64,000 nt of DNA from Macrostomum hystrix. Taxonomy: Eukaryota > Animalia > Platyhelminthes. A program made the translations under genes and the position numbers. The notes under the pieces were generated by a model. It made no database searches and was not told where the DNA came from. It saw only the letters and a list, made by a program, of their open reading frames with translations. Location of the stretch: NCBI GenBank assembly GCA_950097015.1, contig CATNEN010000008.1, forward strand, positions 124,001 through 188,000. Direction: 5' to 3'. Positions 37,901 through 50,736 of this stretch are shown here, one piece after another (positions within the stretch are counted from its first letter, which is position 1; each line of letters starts with the position of its first letter).

Positions 37901-38708
37901 CAGTACTTAGAGATTGGCGCCCAGTACTCAGAGATTGGCGCCCAGTACTCAGAGATTGGCGCCCAGTACTCAGAGATTGGCGCCCAGTACTCAGAGATTG
38001 GCGCCCAGTACTTAGAGATTGGCGCCCAGTACTTAGAGATTGGCGCCCTGTACTTAGAGATTGGCGCCCAGTACTTAGAGATTGGCGCCCAGTACTCAGA
38101 GATTGGCGCCCTGTTCTTAGAGATTGGCGCCCTGTTCTTAGAGATTGGCGCCCTGTTCTTAGAGATTGGCGCCCTGTTCTTAGAGATTGGCGCCCAGTAC
38201 TTAGAGATTGGCGCCCAGTACTTAGAGATTGGCGCCCAGTACTTAGAGATTGGCGCCCAGTACTCAGAGATTGGCGCCCAGTACTTAGAGATTGGCGCCC
38301 TGTACTTAGAGATTGGCGCCCAGTACTTAGAGATTGGCGCCCAGTACTCAGAGATTGGCGCCCAGTACTTAGAGATTGGCGCCCAGTACTTAGAGATTGG
38401 CGCCCAGTACTTAGAGATTGGCGCCCAGTACTCAGAGATTGGCGCCCTGTACTCAGAGATTGGCGCCCAGTACTCAGAGATTGGCGCCCAGTACTCAGAG
38501 ATTGGCGCCCAGTACTTAGAGATTGGCGCCCAGTACTTAGAGATTGGCGCCCTGTACTTAGAGATTGGCGCCCAGTACTTAGAGATTGGCGCCCAGTACT
38601 TAGAGATTGGCGCCCAGTACTTAGAGATTGGCGCCCAGTACTTAGAGATTGGCGCCCTGTACTTAGAGATTGGCGCCCTGTTCTTAGAGATTGGCGCCCT
38701 GTTCTTAG
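34933..38708. repeat. 21-bp satellite AGATTGGCGCCCAGTACTCAG (~180 copies) in the channel intron
   Basis: Tandem array; TCCTTGAAG variant pairs recur 651 bp apart; source of the 1243-aa artefact ORF. Confidence 0.98.
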
Positions 38709-40329
38709 ATAAGGCGTGATTCTGATCTTAATTTATGTGAATGCACAGAATGCATGATTCTGGAACCAATACGAATTTCTCGCTCTCGGAAATCTAAGCC
38801 TGATTCTTGGAAATTAACTCCTAATTCTTAGAAACTGGACTCTTAGTCTTAAAATGGTACTTGATTCTTAGAATAACATAACTTCTTTTAAAATGACCCT
38901 TGATTCTAAGAAATATACACTTTCCTAGAAATATAACTTGATTCTTTGAAAACTAGACGACACTTTAAGAATTTGACGCCTCCTTTTTAGAATCAAGAGA
39001 AAATTTTTAGAAATTCGTTATTGATTCTAGCTAACTTTATAAAAAGTAATTACTAAGTAATGAATACGAGACTAGCATATATTCTTAGCCCTTTATATCC
39101 TCAATTTTAAAAAATGTGCTAATCAAATCAAGCTTCGATGTGATAGGACCACGGAGTGTCCTCTTCATCAATAAATCAGCACAGATAATGTTTTCTAACC
39201 AAATAGATCAAGTAAGTGAAAAATTTGAAAATTGAATTTTCGCTCGCATCTCGATAATAGTGCTGAATTAAGACTGTGAAAAAATATATACTTAATCGAG
39301 TATATTTGGCTATCAGGCAGGCCAGCCGTTGAGTCCATTGAGACCCATTCTGAGTTTCAGACGATGCCAAGATAATCTGATAGCAGATTTACGGAGTCTG
39401 TAAATCGATAAATCATTGCATAGTGCACTGCTGGATGCTTCTTAAAAGCATCTGCGGATTTATACAGAGGGATGAGTTTTAATTTCATCAGGATTATCGT
39501 GCATGTGTATTTGAGTAGCTGCACTGGACTCAGATTCGAGCTTGGAACCAATTTCGATAGTCTCATCCCAGTCTATGCCGCCTGTCTCTCTGTTTCTGTC
39601 TCCTATGCGACTGATTCTGTAGCCTAAAGCAATAACAATTATTGACCAAAGGACCGCTAGAAGAAGGACGGGACACTTTGTTTCTTGGAAAAAAATTAAA
39701 GGCAGATTTTTCGCGGAAAAATACACTAACGAGATAGGAACTTTTCATGCTTTTCACATTTAAATGTTGATAACTTTTTATTGAAAGCAGATCCATTGCT
39801 GTTATTTCAACATAGCATAGCAACCAAGCAGAAATATAATTTACCTACAACTTAGCCTACTGATCTGTTAATGAAAATTTCTAAATTATTCTGGTAAAAA
39901 CAAACTGGTAAACAGAATTATTTGAAGCTAGCACTATATTTTATAGTCTCTTGCACTCCCAAAATAACATAATTTTTTTCAGAGGGGCTGTTGCAACTGA
40001 CGCACCATTTCGTGATAGTCGACACGCTCAAGTTTCTATATACGAGCCGTATATAAATATTAATAATCGGAAACAAAAGGCTTGTTTCCAAATAGCTCGT
40101 AGTTTTGTTGTTTTTGGAAGATTAACGCATTTTTAAACACTGCTGCAAGGGCTGGCATGTAGAGAAAGGGAAGAATATAGCTCGTAAAATCGATATTTTC
40201 ACAGATGAAGGTTATTTTTTGTCGAAAACCAGCCTCCTAAACGTTTTCTAGGAAACGTGGTTTCCCGTCTTTCCAACTAGTCCTTCGATTTTTTGGCATT
40301 ATGCAATATCATTCCAATATCTAGCTTAC

Positions 40330-40795
40330 ATTATAATAATAATGATTTTAGGCCCCGGATATAGGATATGATTAGGATTAGAATGATTAGAATGATTAGG
40401 ATATAATAATAGTAATAATAGTTGGGCTGTGGGCTGTGGGCAAAAGAGGGCTGTGGGCAATGGCACATCATTTGGTGACAGTAGACCAGCAGTCTGCGAG
40501 GAGGCAATTCTGCCCATTCCGCTGACTCCTGAGCACACAAACACACGGATACTGTACGCATGCAGGCACACGCTCAAATACGTAGGTGCGAACATCTGCC
40601 CTGACTTTGTCATCGTCAGGCAGTGTACACTTCACTGTTCCTTGGGGGTTGGCCCTCAGGAGCGTAAATTACACGACAAGCCCCCAAGCCTTCTCTCCGT
40701 GTCTTCGGAGAGAATGAATGCGGCCTCGCTGCGGAATCGAGCTCAGGGACCTTGGCGCGAGAGGCAAACGCGTTAACTGCTCTGCCACCGACCCC
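40330..40795 (-). mobile_element. tRNA-derived SINE family A, copy 1
   Basis: Minus-strand head GGGGTCGGTGGCAGAGCAGTTAACGCG...CTCGATTCC (A/B-box-like); body closely similar to copies at 43463-43840 and 61026-61385; (ATT)n-like tail. Confidence 0.85.
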
Positions 40796-43462
40796 ATCAC
40801 TAGCATCTTTACTTGTAGATTTTCGGTATCGACTCAACCCGCAGAAGCTGCCCAGAGTGTCCTAAGTAAAGGCCATAGATGTTTGGCTATTCGCGTGTCT
40901 GGCTTTCGTTGTGGCCTCCCTGCTGGAGTTCACGCTGGTGAACATGATCGCTCGACGCAGGGAGCAACGTCGGGCGCGCGACGATCTTCGCAACATGATG
41001 CGCCGCGAGATGCGAATGCTTCGCGGAAATCTGCTTCCACAGCAGCAGCAGAAGCACGGTCCCGGAGGCAACGACGCCGACACTGGCGCCGATGAAGCCG
41101 ACGATGGCAAGTCAGACGGCGACGCTGTGGCTGTTGTGGCTAGTCGGCGAACTCGGGCGACGTCACGACCGGCGGAGAAAGCTTCGGCAATGCCAGCAAT
41201 GATGCCTGCAGCCGAGGATGAATTCAATCCAGACAGTGTGGACAATGTTTTCGCCATTGTCTATCCGGTCTGCTTTCTGGTGTTCAATCTGGTCTACTGG
41301 TTGACTTACACATTCTATAGGGCAATCTAGATTCCTACTCTATTTCTAGACTATTTTCAGGGGCAGATGGACAGTTATTTGGTAGATCAATTTCCATTTA
41401 TTCCAGAGAATTAAACCAGTAAACGATTATACCTAAGGTAGAAAGGACTGACTGATGTGCGTCTATGTGCGTCTAAAACTGTAGCCAATCAGTAAGGTGG
41501 CGGAGTGAGGTTGTTGATAAAGCGTGGTGACTTGCTGTACACTCTCAAGGGCGTGAGATTGGGGTCAGAAGTATCGGCAATGCACATCGTATCTTTTTTC
41601 ATCGTTCTGACTGTTCACGAATTTAGTGGAAATATTCATACAAATTTAATTCAATATATTTTTTACCTATACCTCTCCTATAATTTATGCGAGTACATTA
41701 CGTAGTAATTGCATAAATTTACTTCTTTCATGCTTTCATTTTTGACTATATTACTGACAAGTATCTTTTTGCAGGAATATACCTCATTGAAAAGAAGATT
41801 TCTGACTCAGTTCTACTTCTTAACACTGAATTCATTTATAAGTAGGGGCACCGTAAGACTTAAAAGAACTTTGCACTTTTAATGATTGTTTTAGAAAGAA
41901 CTGAGTCAGCAGTCTCAGAATTCGATTTTAATCTTACAATCCTTCTTAAAATATAAATAAAGCAGTGGCGTAGCCACAATTTTTTCTGTCAGGCAATATC
42001 CACACTTGTAACAACCATAAGGGGTAGAAGCCTAAGTCGAGTTGCGATTGGAATCAATCATGATCCTCCGTCAGGGACTAGAACCCTGTTGGATCCCGTA
42101 CATACACCACTGAATGGGGACATTTTTATAACAGCCTAATGAAAATGCAAAATGTTTTTTAAATAATATTAACAAGAAATATACAAGCATTAAGCCACCA
42201 AAATTTAAAGCGAACTTGTATCAATATAGCTGTCATCCGAGATTCTTTAATAACAAATATTTCTTTGCCACTGCACACGGTTATACGAGTAACAAGACTA
42301 ATATTGGCAAGTTATTAGTTTTGCCATTAAATTTATTTATTTCAGAAATTTAATAATGACCTGTATCATTGAAACGTAATATCGTATTCGTAAAATGTAT
42401 ACTCGCTCGTAGAATTTATATGTAGGAACGAAATAGATGCTGCATCAATAGCGGGTCCTACTGCATGAGTTTTCACGGTAATGTTATGAAGCCAGTATAA
42501 GGCATCGCATCAACAACCATACTTAGTAGCGAATTAAATTAACTTGTCCTTGTGCGTACATTTGGTGTTCACTCGTCAAGATCGACGAGTTACAATTCAA
42601 CGTACTATATGCATTTCTGCCGCTATAGGGAAATACCGAAATATGTGACGAGTCCACCCAGGAAAATATTCCGTCACAGTCACACGAAGAAACGGCCAGT
42701 TTCTGTTCAGGGCTGTTTCGTTCTAACATCGCGATATAACATGCAAAAGGACGCATTTGCATCGATCTATAACATGTTAGATGTTGTGTGTAAAATATTC
42801 TTATTCCAAGAAATAATAAAATAAATGACAAGAAATAGGCCTAATATTTATGTACCTAGCGAGCTATATAAATTGTCAATATTACCTATAGCTAGCCTAG
42901 CTAAACTAGCCTAGCTATAGCTAGTAGACATTTTTCTTATTGCTACACTGCTAGTAAGGGGCTTTCTATTAGGATTACTTCAAGGTTAAAGTATGCATTA
43001 ACGCAACATCTAAATATAACATGTTATAAACCGATGTACATATGCCAAATTTTAGCATTAACGCAACTTCTAACATGTTATACACCAATGTACATGCCCA
43101 CTTTTTGCATGTTATAATCCGAAGTTAGAACGAAACATTAGTGTTTCTGTTGCAAATTATATTCATCAAAGAATGCAAACCTGCCTATTTCACGAGTTTT
43201 GGTTAGAAGAAAAACAAAAAGAAAGGACAATATTTTAGTATACGTTAAAACAAACTAAGTATTTTATTTTTTTGTAAAACATTTAAAAAATTAGAACCAA
43301 ATTGCTAAAATAGTAAATGTTGAATCACTGCATTAATTGCAATATTAAATCAGGATTTGTCTATTATATATTTATTACTTACTGCTACAATGCAACAGAT
43401 AAGCTTACTTGCAGCTGGCTTGCACTGCTACTTGGGTCACATGAAACTAATATTTGCGTATT

Positions 43463-43840
43463 AATAATAATAATAATAATAGTTGCAGGAGGGCTGCGGG
43501 CAATGGCACATCATTTAGTGAAATTAGTGACACTAGACCCGCAGCCAGCGAGGAGGCAATTCTGCCCATTTCGCTGACTCCTGAGCACACACGCACACAG
43601 ATACTGTACGCAGGCATACGCTCACACAGGCGTGTACCTCTGCCCTGACTTTCTCATCGTCAGGCAGCATACATTTCACTGTGCCTTGGAGGTTGGCCCT
43701 CAAGGGCGTAAATTGCACGACCAGCCCTCAAGCCTTCTCTCCGCGGCTGCGCCCCAAATAAAAGTGGCCTCGCCGTGGAATTTAACTAAGGGACCTTGGT
43801 GCGAGAGGCAAACGCGATAACCGCTACGCCACCGACCCCC
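43463..43840 (-). mobile_element. tRNA-derived SINE family A, copy 2, with TSD
   Basis: Same head and body; (ATT)n tail; flanked by AATATTTGCGTATTAA / AATATGTGCGTATTAA (16-bp TSD, 1 mismatch). Confidence 0.9.
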
Positions 43841-44494
43841 AATATGTGCGTATTAAAGTTTCCTTGCGTATAAGTAGCCTACAGCTTTCAAATCTCAAGA
43901 CCAATGAATTGATACTTTTCCAAATTAGTTTCGGAGTAGGCCTATCCATAAGCGGAAAATGTAAACCAGAAAATATGTGCTCTGCTACAACCGACCAACG
44001 GAGTCAACTCCACATAGTTACTTCCTCTAAGCCCCTAATGGTTATGTAGCAACAATATTTGTTTAGGGTTTATAAAAGCGAGTATAAGCACTACATGAAA
44101 GAGGAAATTCGCTTGTTAGATTTTTCTGTCAAATTCCATTATCATATCAGATCTTCATGTATAAGGATAGGCATAGTAATTTTAGCAGAAAATTCATCAT
44201 GATTTGTCTGTACAGCTATCTTTGTTATGAAGTGTAAAGTGAAGCAACAAATAGGCCTAGCAATGCCACCACTTGACTCCACTCACGAGCTCAGGCAAAT
44301 CAAACAAGGTAGTCCACACTTTGTCGCAGATTATATCTTTAATTGAATGTGATGCTTTTACCATGATACAGATCCCACAGGCAAATGAACCTTATATACT
44401 GACATTGCAAGCCAGGCTTTACTTTCAGACCACATAATCTTAGTAATAGTAGGAAGAGATTTGCTTGAGATTCAAGATGCTTGTTAAGCTAGGT

Positions 44495-44775
44495 CATACA
44501 TGCGCAACCTCCCAAATCTTAGCCGGCCTTGCGACTTAGTTTTTGCTCTCATTTGCGACTTAGTTCGTTTCATTGCTCTATTTACGACTTAGTTTGCTCT
44601 CATTTGCTATCTTTTTCTCTCCCCTTTTTCCTTTTCTTCACGCCTTCCTTTTTTGTCCCTTGATCCCCCCTTTGATTTTTTTGCGCTTGGTCGATTGGTT
44701 TTTGCGACTTACCTTGCTTGGCCCTCGTTTCACCCGGCCGGTTCGGCCGGCTCGGCCGGGTGTTGCGCATGTATA
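44495..44775. mobile_element. 281-bp MITE, 14-bp TIRs, 8-bp TSD AGCTAGGT (hAT-like)
   Basis: CATACATGCGCAAC...GTTGCGCATGTATA; AGCTAGGT at 44487-44494 and 44776-44783. Confidence 0.8.
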
Positions 44776-45188
44776 AGCTAGGTAGTCACTAATGCACAGT
44801 TGGATATTTATCTAATAATATTTACCTTTTTGTTTTATAAAGTTTTCACTATCTTTTTTATATATTTTAATGTATTTGTGACAGTTGTCTCATTGTAAAT
44901 TACTATGTTAGGTTATTATTGCTTTGTCAATTTGGCAGCTTTAAGATTCAAGAGTATAAATGCATTAAAACTTTGGTTAGGTTTTAATATTGCACCAATC
45001 ATTTTACATACCTGCCCTATTTGAATGTTAATAGACAATTAGTAAATTTCATTTTGTGTACTGTTAATGAGGTATAAAATTCTAGAGATATGAGAATATT
45101 AGAAAAACTTGATGTGACTTTAGGGGTTTCTTAAACCTTAAAATTATAAAATAGTTCTAGCTTTAGTAGATATAAAATTTATATCTAA

Positions 45189-45492
45189 GAGGTTGTAGCC
45201 TTGTGGTTAGAATATCAGACTCAACTTAAAGGTCTGGGGTTCGATTCCTGACTCCACTGGAACAATTTCTGCCCTTTAGCAAGACACTTAACTCTGAATT
45301 GCTTCAGTTCACCCAGCTGTTAAATGGGCATCAGCATTAGGCTTAGCTGGGATAAATAACGGTAGGTGTGGCATCCCCTAGTCCATGGACTGATCAGCCA
45401 TACACAGCCTTCAGATGCGTGGTATAATAGCTGCAGCTGTGCTGTTGGCTGCACATCTGGCCCAATCAGACAGGTGTAATCAATCAATCAAT
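45189..45492 (+). mobile_element. tRNA-derived SINE family B (CORE-like), copy 1
   Basis: Head with GGTTCGATTCC B box; GCAAGACACTTAACTCTGAATTGCTTCAGTTCACCCAGCTGTTAAATGGG resembles the MIR/CORE domain; (CAAT)n tail; homologous to 49419-49641 and 56153-56395. Confidence 0.8.
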
Positions 45493-46660
45493 ATCTAAAA
45501 ATGTTTTAGTGGTGCTAAGTTAGAAAAAACAATTTGTTTGTATCTACAACCATATGGAATAGCTTCCCTAACACAGGATTACAATACTTTGGGGTATATA
45601 TAGAATTAGTAATTTTTTAAAAGAATATTTTTGTTTCATGTTTCTATGGGAGAATTGCAAATAAATAAATGTGAGAGCAACAACTGCATTCTTGTAATAA
45701 AGCTCTTATTGTTCATAAAGAAAAGTAAATCAAGACTAGTTTTAACTTTATTTTTCATAAAACTATAAGCCAACTTGTACTAATTGCATTATATATACAA
45801 TTTTTTAATTTATAGCCTATAGGCAAGCTACAAACTTATAAAAGATAGGGGTTCAGTTATCATCACACTCATAGACCCACTAGAAGACCATAAAACTGTC
45901 CATAAAATTTCTGACTGTTTAAACCAATATATATAGCAATGCACAGTTTTAACTACTTAAAAGATGAAGAAAAAAGTAGTTTTGTGGAGCAATTAGAGTT
46001 TTCCTACTTTTTTATTTACTTATTTAATTGCAAAAACAATTAACTTGCAGTTTAAGGTGCAGTATGTATCACACACTAAATATACTACTGGCTGACATAC
46101 TGCTGACTACTGATTATAAAAGCAACTAGCATGCAATTTAAATTAATGTGTGGTTTGTCCTGCTACTTGTAAAACTACATTTTCCTCATCTTCTAAGTAG
46201 TTTAATCTGTGCATTGCTGTATATATTAGTTTAAATAGTCAGAAATTTTATGACCAGCCAATCAGAGTTTTATTGGCAATTTGAGATGCAACTGCATATT
46301 TTAATGTGGTTTTACATGTGGCACAAGTCATATGTGTGAAAATTTGTGCTTTGGCAGAAGTGCCTTTTAGCACAGTTTTACATTTTATCAAGGAAAACAT
46401 ATTTTCTGAAGAAGATTAGCATTTTTAAAAGCTTTTTTATTATTCTGATTTTTAGGCCCCTACTGAGTACACATTATAAATATTTAGAATACAAATATAA
46501 ATTAGTGTTATTTATACTTTAGATTTTGTTTCGCTAATGAGGTTGCAGATGACTGCTTTTTCATATAGGCTCTATATATTATTTTTATTGTTGTTTTATT
46601 GATGACATATTTGAGTATTGCAAAAATGATAGTGGCAATTTTTTGCCTAAAATTTTCCAG

Positions 46661-48880
46661 GAACGAAAAGCATCTCAGCAGGGCACCTGCTATCGACTAT
46701 CCCAGGTAGCTGGTTATGGAGGTCGCCGCAATGACCTAGTATATGCCTGTCGTCCAGCTAATCGATTGGTGGGCAGCGCCGACAGATTAATTGTGTACTT
46801 TGGCGGCGATGTTCAGGACTACGTTGAAAATATGGACAAACATGGTGAGAACATGATTTTATACAAGCGTAATAGAGCATAACAGCATAAATATTCCGTA
46901 CTAGCGTTTTTAGTCATCTAAAATGAATTAATTATTTTATCCTATAATTTATTCTTCTTTAAGTATCATTGCTAGCATTCTACCTGAGAAAGTGGCAGCA
47001 TTTTACCTGAGAAAGTGGTAGCATTCTACCTGAGAGGTCATTGCTAGCATTCTACCTGAGAGAGTGGTAGCATTCTATCTGAGAGATAGAATGCATTCTA
47101 CCTGAGAGGTCATTGCTAGCATTCTACCTGAGAGAGTGGTAGCATTCTATCTGAGAGAGGTAGCATTCTACCCGAGAGGTCATTGCTAGCATTCTACCTG
47201 AGAGGTCATTGCTAGCATTCTACCTGAGAGAGTGGTAGCATTCTACCTGAGAGAGTGGTAGCATTCTACCTGAGGTCATTGCTAGCATTCTACCTGAGAG
47301 GTCATTGCTAGCATTCTACCTGAGAGAGGTGCAGCATCGTGATATCCAACGCTGAACACTCAGGTGATAACTGTCGCCATCGTCAGTGGAATCTCGAGGC
47401 TACAGCTCGCCTGCTGTTGGCTAGATTTGGCGATACGAACAGCGAAGTGATTGTAGTTCGACCGCGCCGCATGGAATCCGGGACCTACAGCGTGTACGCA
47501 AACTTTGTGGACGACTGGTCAGACAGCAAAGGTGCGCCGGTGTTCCAGCGGCCCTACAATCCGGGCGTTGGGCAGCACGCCGCACAGCACTTGGCGGAGC
47601 TGCTAGCGCGGGCAAAGCGAGAGCTGACCGCGCGTCAAACTGCCGATGAAGAAGACGAAGACAATCAATTGGCGGAGGTAACTTCCGACGACAGGATAGA
47701 TAAGGCGGCTAGTCACGGCGCTGCGGCTGTTGCTAAGCAACAGCGTCTCACATTGGTAAGAATGGGATCTGTGTGTTTGTGCGGTTTTTAATCGTGGGAT
47801 CAAAGAGCACTAAATTCCTAAAATAAGATTTCCGATCCTCAAATCGGATTTCAGATCCTCAAATATTCCTCAGGTCCTCAGATGGGACATCAGATCCTCA
47901 AATAGGACATCAGGTCATTAGTGGGACATCAGATGCTTAAATGGTACATCAGATCCTCAAATGGGACATCAGATCCTCAAATGGGACATCAGATCCTCAA
48001 ATGGGACATCAGATCCTCAAATGGGACATCAGATCCTCAAATGGGACATCAGATCCTCAAATGGGACATCAGATCCTCAAATGGGACATCAGATCCTCAA
48101 ATGGGACATCAGATCCTCAAATGGGACATCAGATCCTCTAGTGCATTGCACAAGCAAGAACACTAGACTCTTATACATCTCCAGTTGGTTCAAGCGATAG
48201 CCATTCTCGCACTGACTCCCGCAGGTTGGCTTCAGCAAAGGCTGCGTCCCGTTGAATCAAATAGTCCGAGAGCTCAGCCACGATCAGTCTGGCCGCCTGC
48301 CCGGACTCTCCGATATCTACTGGCTAGACGGCGGACACTCTGGCCAGACCGACACCTGGCTGACTGATCCGACAGATTTGACCTGCCTACAAGGTGCACT
48401 TAAAGTGCGGGCCTATGCCACGCCTTATCAGGTATGTCAATGCGCCCTTAACTGTATCTAACTAAGGTTCATTTTATGTCCTTTCTTTCTTCTACCTATT
48501 CGCTGTTTTGTGCAATTCGTGTCCTCTAAACGTATTTGTCTAATATTTCCGCGTTTCTCCTTAATCTTCAGACCTACCCCTGTATCTATCATGCCCTCTG
48601 CTAAATTCTTGGGGTTTTTTCCATGAATCCTTCAGGCCTCTCCCTGAATCCTTCTTACAATGATGGCATTGTAAGTAACCATGCAAGTTTTTTCAAACTA
48701 CCCTTATAGGTTCGCGACTCTAGCCGACCTTGGATAGGTCGCGAGTTCGAACGCTTCCTAGCCGCCTGCTCAACCCCGCCAGTGGCCAGTCCTGATCTGC
48801 GCAGCGGCGTACTCTGCCAAGATTTGCCAGTCTCTATTGATGCCCACTTTCGCCTACTGGAAGTCTTTCCTACTGATTAA
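46661..48880 (+). CDS. C2orf69: C2orf69 (UPF0565) mitochondrial protein homolog; 4 exons seen, start codon not located
   Basis: Exons 46661-46844, 47364-47755, 48225-48431, 48710-48880 with consistent phases. Motifs IVYFGGDVQDY, WNLEATARLL, VGFSKGCVPLNQ, IYWLDGGHSG..DTWLT, TPYQVRD..RPWIGRE, SIDAHFRLLEVF. Confidence 0.88.
46975..47330. repeat. ~23-25-bp minisatellite GCATTCTACCTGAGAGAGTGGTA / GAGGTCATTGCTA in a C2orf69 intron
   Basis: Direct tandem repeats with two alternating variants. Confidence 0.9.
47880..48139. repeat. 20-bp minisatellite ATGGGACATCAGATCCTCAA in a C2orf69 intron
   Basis: ~12 near-perfect copies. Confidence 0.95.
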
Positions 48881-49418
48881 AGTTACATTCATTTTTATCG
48901 TTCGTTTTTAGCTTCCCTTAGTTGTGCATAACTACTTACAAGTAGTGAATGAAGTAAATTTTATATGATATTAAATAATTAATCTAAGAATATTCTTATT
49001 CTTTGTCTTTTTGTTTAATTGATTGGCCGCTTAGTCGATTTATATTCCAAAGGCATTTGTTGTTAGCAAATAGTCTTATTAGCTATTTAAAAGTGTCCAT
49101 GTTTCGTTTGAAATTACTACGTAGGTGTCACGTAGGTTTGAATATTTTGAATTCATTTTTATTTGCTTTGTGTTCAATACAGATGATAAAATACAAAGGC
49201 AATAATGTCCAGAAATGTTACAGGTATACTCTGGCTGCAGATTGATTTTCGCTTTCCAAAGATCAATTTTATATTCTGTAGATTAGCTCCTTTATAAAAT
49301 AGTTTAATTAGTTATCTAAGATTTTCGCTACTGTTTCATAAATTATAGGTTTTCCCTAGTCTAAAAAGTCTAAAAGTAGATATTTCCTTATTATTAACTG
49401 TCTATAGGCTTGGGCCGT

Positions 49419-49641
49419 GAGGTTTTAGTCATGTGGTTAGGCCGGACTCACGACGTTAAGGTCTGGGGTTCGATTCCTGGCTCTACTGGAACAATTTATG
49501 TCCTTTTGAAAGACTGCACTTTAACTACGCATTGCTTCAGTTCACACAGCTGTTAAAATGGGTATCCCCCCAGTCCATGGACTAAACAGTTGTACGCAGA
49601 CTTCAGATTCGCGGCGCAATAGCTGCTGCTGTGCTGTCAGC
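49419..49641 (+). mobile_element. SINE family B, copy 2, ~110 nt upstream of the FKBP12 ATG
   Basis: GGTCTGGGGTTCGATTCCTGGCTCTACTGGAACAATTT...CTTCAGTTCACACAGCTGTTAAAATGGG...CAGTCCATGGACT shared with copy 1. Confidence 0.8.
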
Positions 49642-49747
49642 AATATAATGCACCAAGTCTATAGTAAAAATATTATGGTTTATTATTAATCGCGGCCTTC
49701 TATTGTTCCAGTGAGTTTAAAAACCACCGATTCTAGACAATATCGCA

Positions 49748-50074
49748 ATGGGCGTCAAAGTTGAAACTGTCAAGCAGGGCGACAATAGTTCCTATCCGCA
49801 GAAGGGCAACACTGTCACCGTGCACTATGTTGGCACCCTGACCAACGGTTCCAAGTTCGATTCTAGCCGGGATCGCGGCAAGCCATTCCAGTTCCGTATT
49901 GGCGCCGGCGAAGTCATCAAGGGCTGGGACGAGGGCGTGGCCCAGATGAGCAAAGGCGAGGTTGCTAAGCTCACCTGTACGCCGGACTATGCCTACGGAG
50001 CCAAAGGCTATCCGCCAGTGATTCCGCCAAATTCTACACTGGTATTCGAAGTTGAGCTCATTAGCTTCAAGTAA
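49748..50074 (+). CDS. FKBP1A: FK506-binding protein 12 (peptidyl-prolyl isomerase), intronless, 108 aa
   Basis: MGVKVET...[46 protein letters not shown]...PDYAYG...[13 protein letters not shown]. Confidence 0.98.
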   Translation: MGVKVETVKQGDNSSYPQKGNTVTVHYVGTLTNGSKFDSSRDRGKPFQFRIGAGEVIKGWDEGVAQMSKGEVAKLTCTPDYAYGAKGYPPVIPPNSTLVFEVELISFK

Positions 50075-50736
50075 AAAGGCTGATTAACTTCATGATGCAA
50101 TTGTGTCAGGTTAGATTTTTAGCAGTTTGTTAGTCATCTAATAAGTCAGCTTGCTAGATTGGTTCGTGTGTCTGTTAATGCTTGTTCCTATTATCTCTCT
50201 CTTTTATAATTTCAATCACTAAGAATGTTCTTTTTTGTTAATTCTACAAAAGTTTCCTTTAAAAATTAGTTTCCCTTTTTTCAGTAAGTTTAACAAACCT
50301 ATTTGATTAACCCGGTCTCTGTTTAATGTAAATTACTATTTAGTAACTATACATCGTTTATTAATATTAATATTGCTATAGTCTTTAGAAAATTAAATTC
50401 AACAATAGTTATTTTATAAGCAATATGTTGTGTGTTACCATCTATTTGAATTTGAAAATTACGAACAACACTTTAGTTTATAACAAAATATAATGACAGC
50501 TTCTAGTTTTAGAATGTTGTGTTAATAAATGAGGCTTTCTTTTGCTTCCTTATTTAGGTACGTCCATAATAGTATGAAAAATGATTTCTAGTTAAATTTT
50601 TTAATTCTATCCTTGTTAAATTTTCCCAAATATGAGTGTAAATATAATTTTACATGATTTTTCTTCGTTTCAGAGACCATTGTAAGCTTAAAAATAGAAT
50701 AAAAGTATTCATAAAAAATTAATATTTCACGGCAGC

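Larger units (their letters stand above)
34519..41330 (+). pseudogene. Cys-loop ligand-gated chloride channel (GluCl/GlyR type), 3' half only, apparently disabled
   Basis: Exon 34519-34914: LWNFPMDTQLCPLEIGSYG, loop-C CSKVYSTTGQFAC, M1, PAR-M2. Exon 40845-41330: KLPRVS*VKAIDVWLFACLAFVVASLLEF (M3) ... M4. TAA at 40863-40865 replaces the conserved Tyr; expected donor reads CAG|ATGAAA at 34915; no 5' exons found. Family identity is secure (~0.95); pseudogene status is less so. Confidence 0.65.

Noticed and set aside
1961-38708. CRISPR-like appearance of ~21-34 bp repeats
   Set aside because: Units are contiguous with no unique spacers, no cas genes, and the context is eukaryotic.
34988-38719. 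1243-aa ORF of (EIGAQYS)n and the antisense 346-aa ORF
   Set aside because: Translation of a stop-free 21-bp satellite inside an intron; no ATG start, no unique sequence.
40326-40837. Similar short ORFs here and at 43454-43820, 61013-61516 and 56101-56491
   Set aside because: Translations of SINE copies, not a gene family.
41964-42112. Possible hAT remnant CAGTGGCGTAGC...CATACACCACTG
   Set aside because: TIR match is short and imperfect, and there is no TSD.
42400-42831. ~90-100 aa ORFs on both strands
   Set aside because: No recognisable motif, no convincing splice context, and length expected by chance.
45189-45260. tRNA genes at tRNA-like heads (also 40730-40795, 49419-49490, 61026-61095)
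   Set aside because: They continue into shared SINE bodies and lack a closing acceptor stem.
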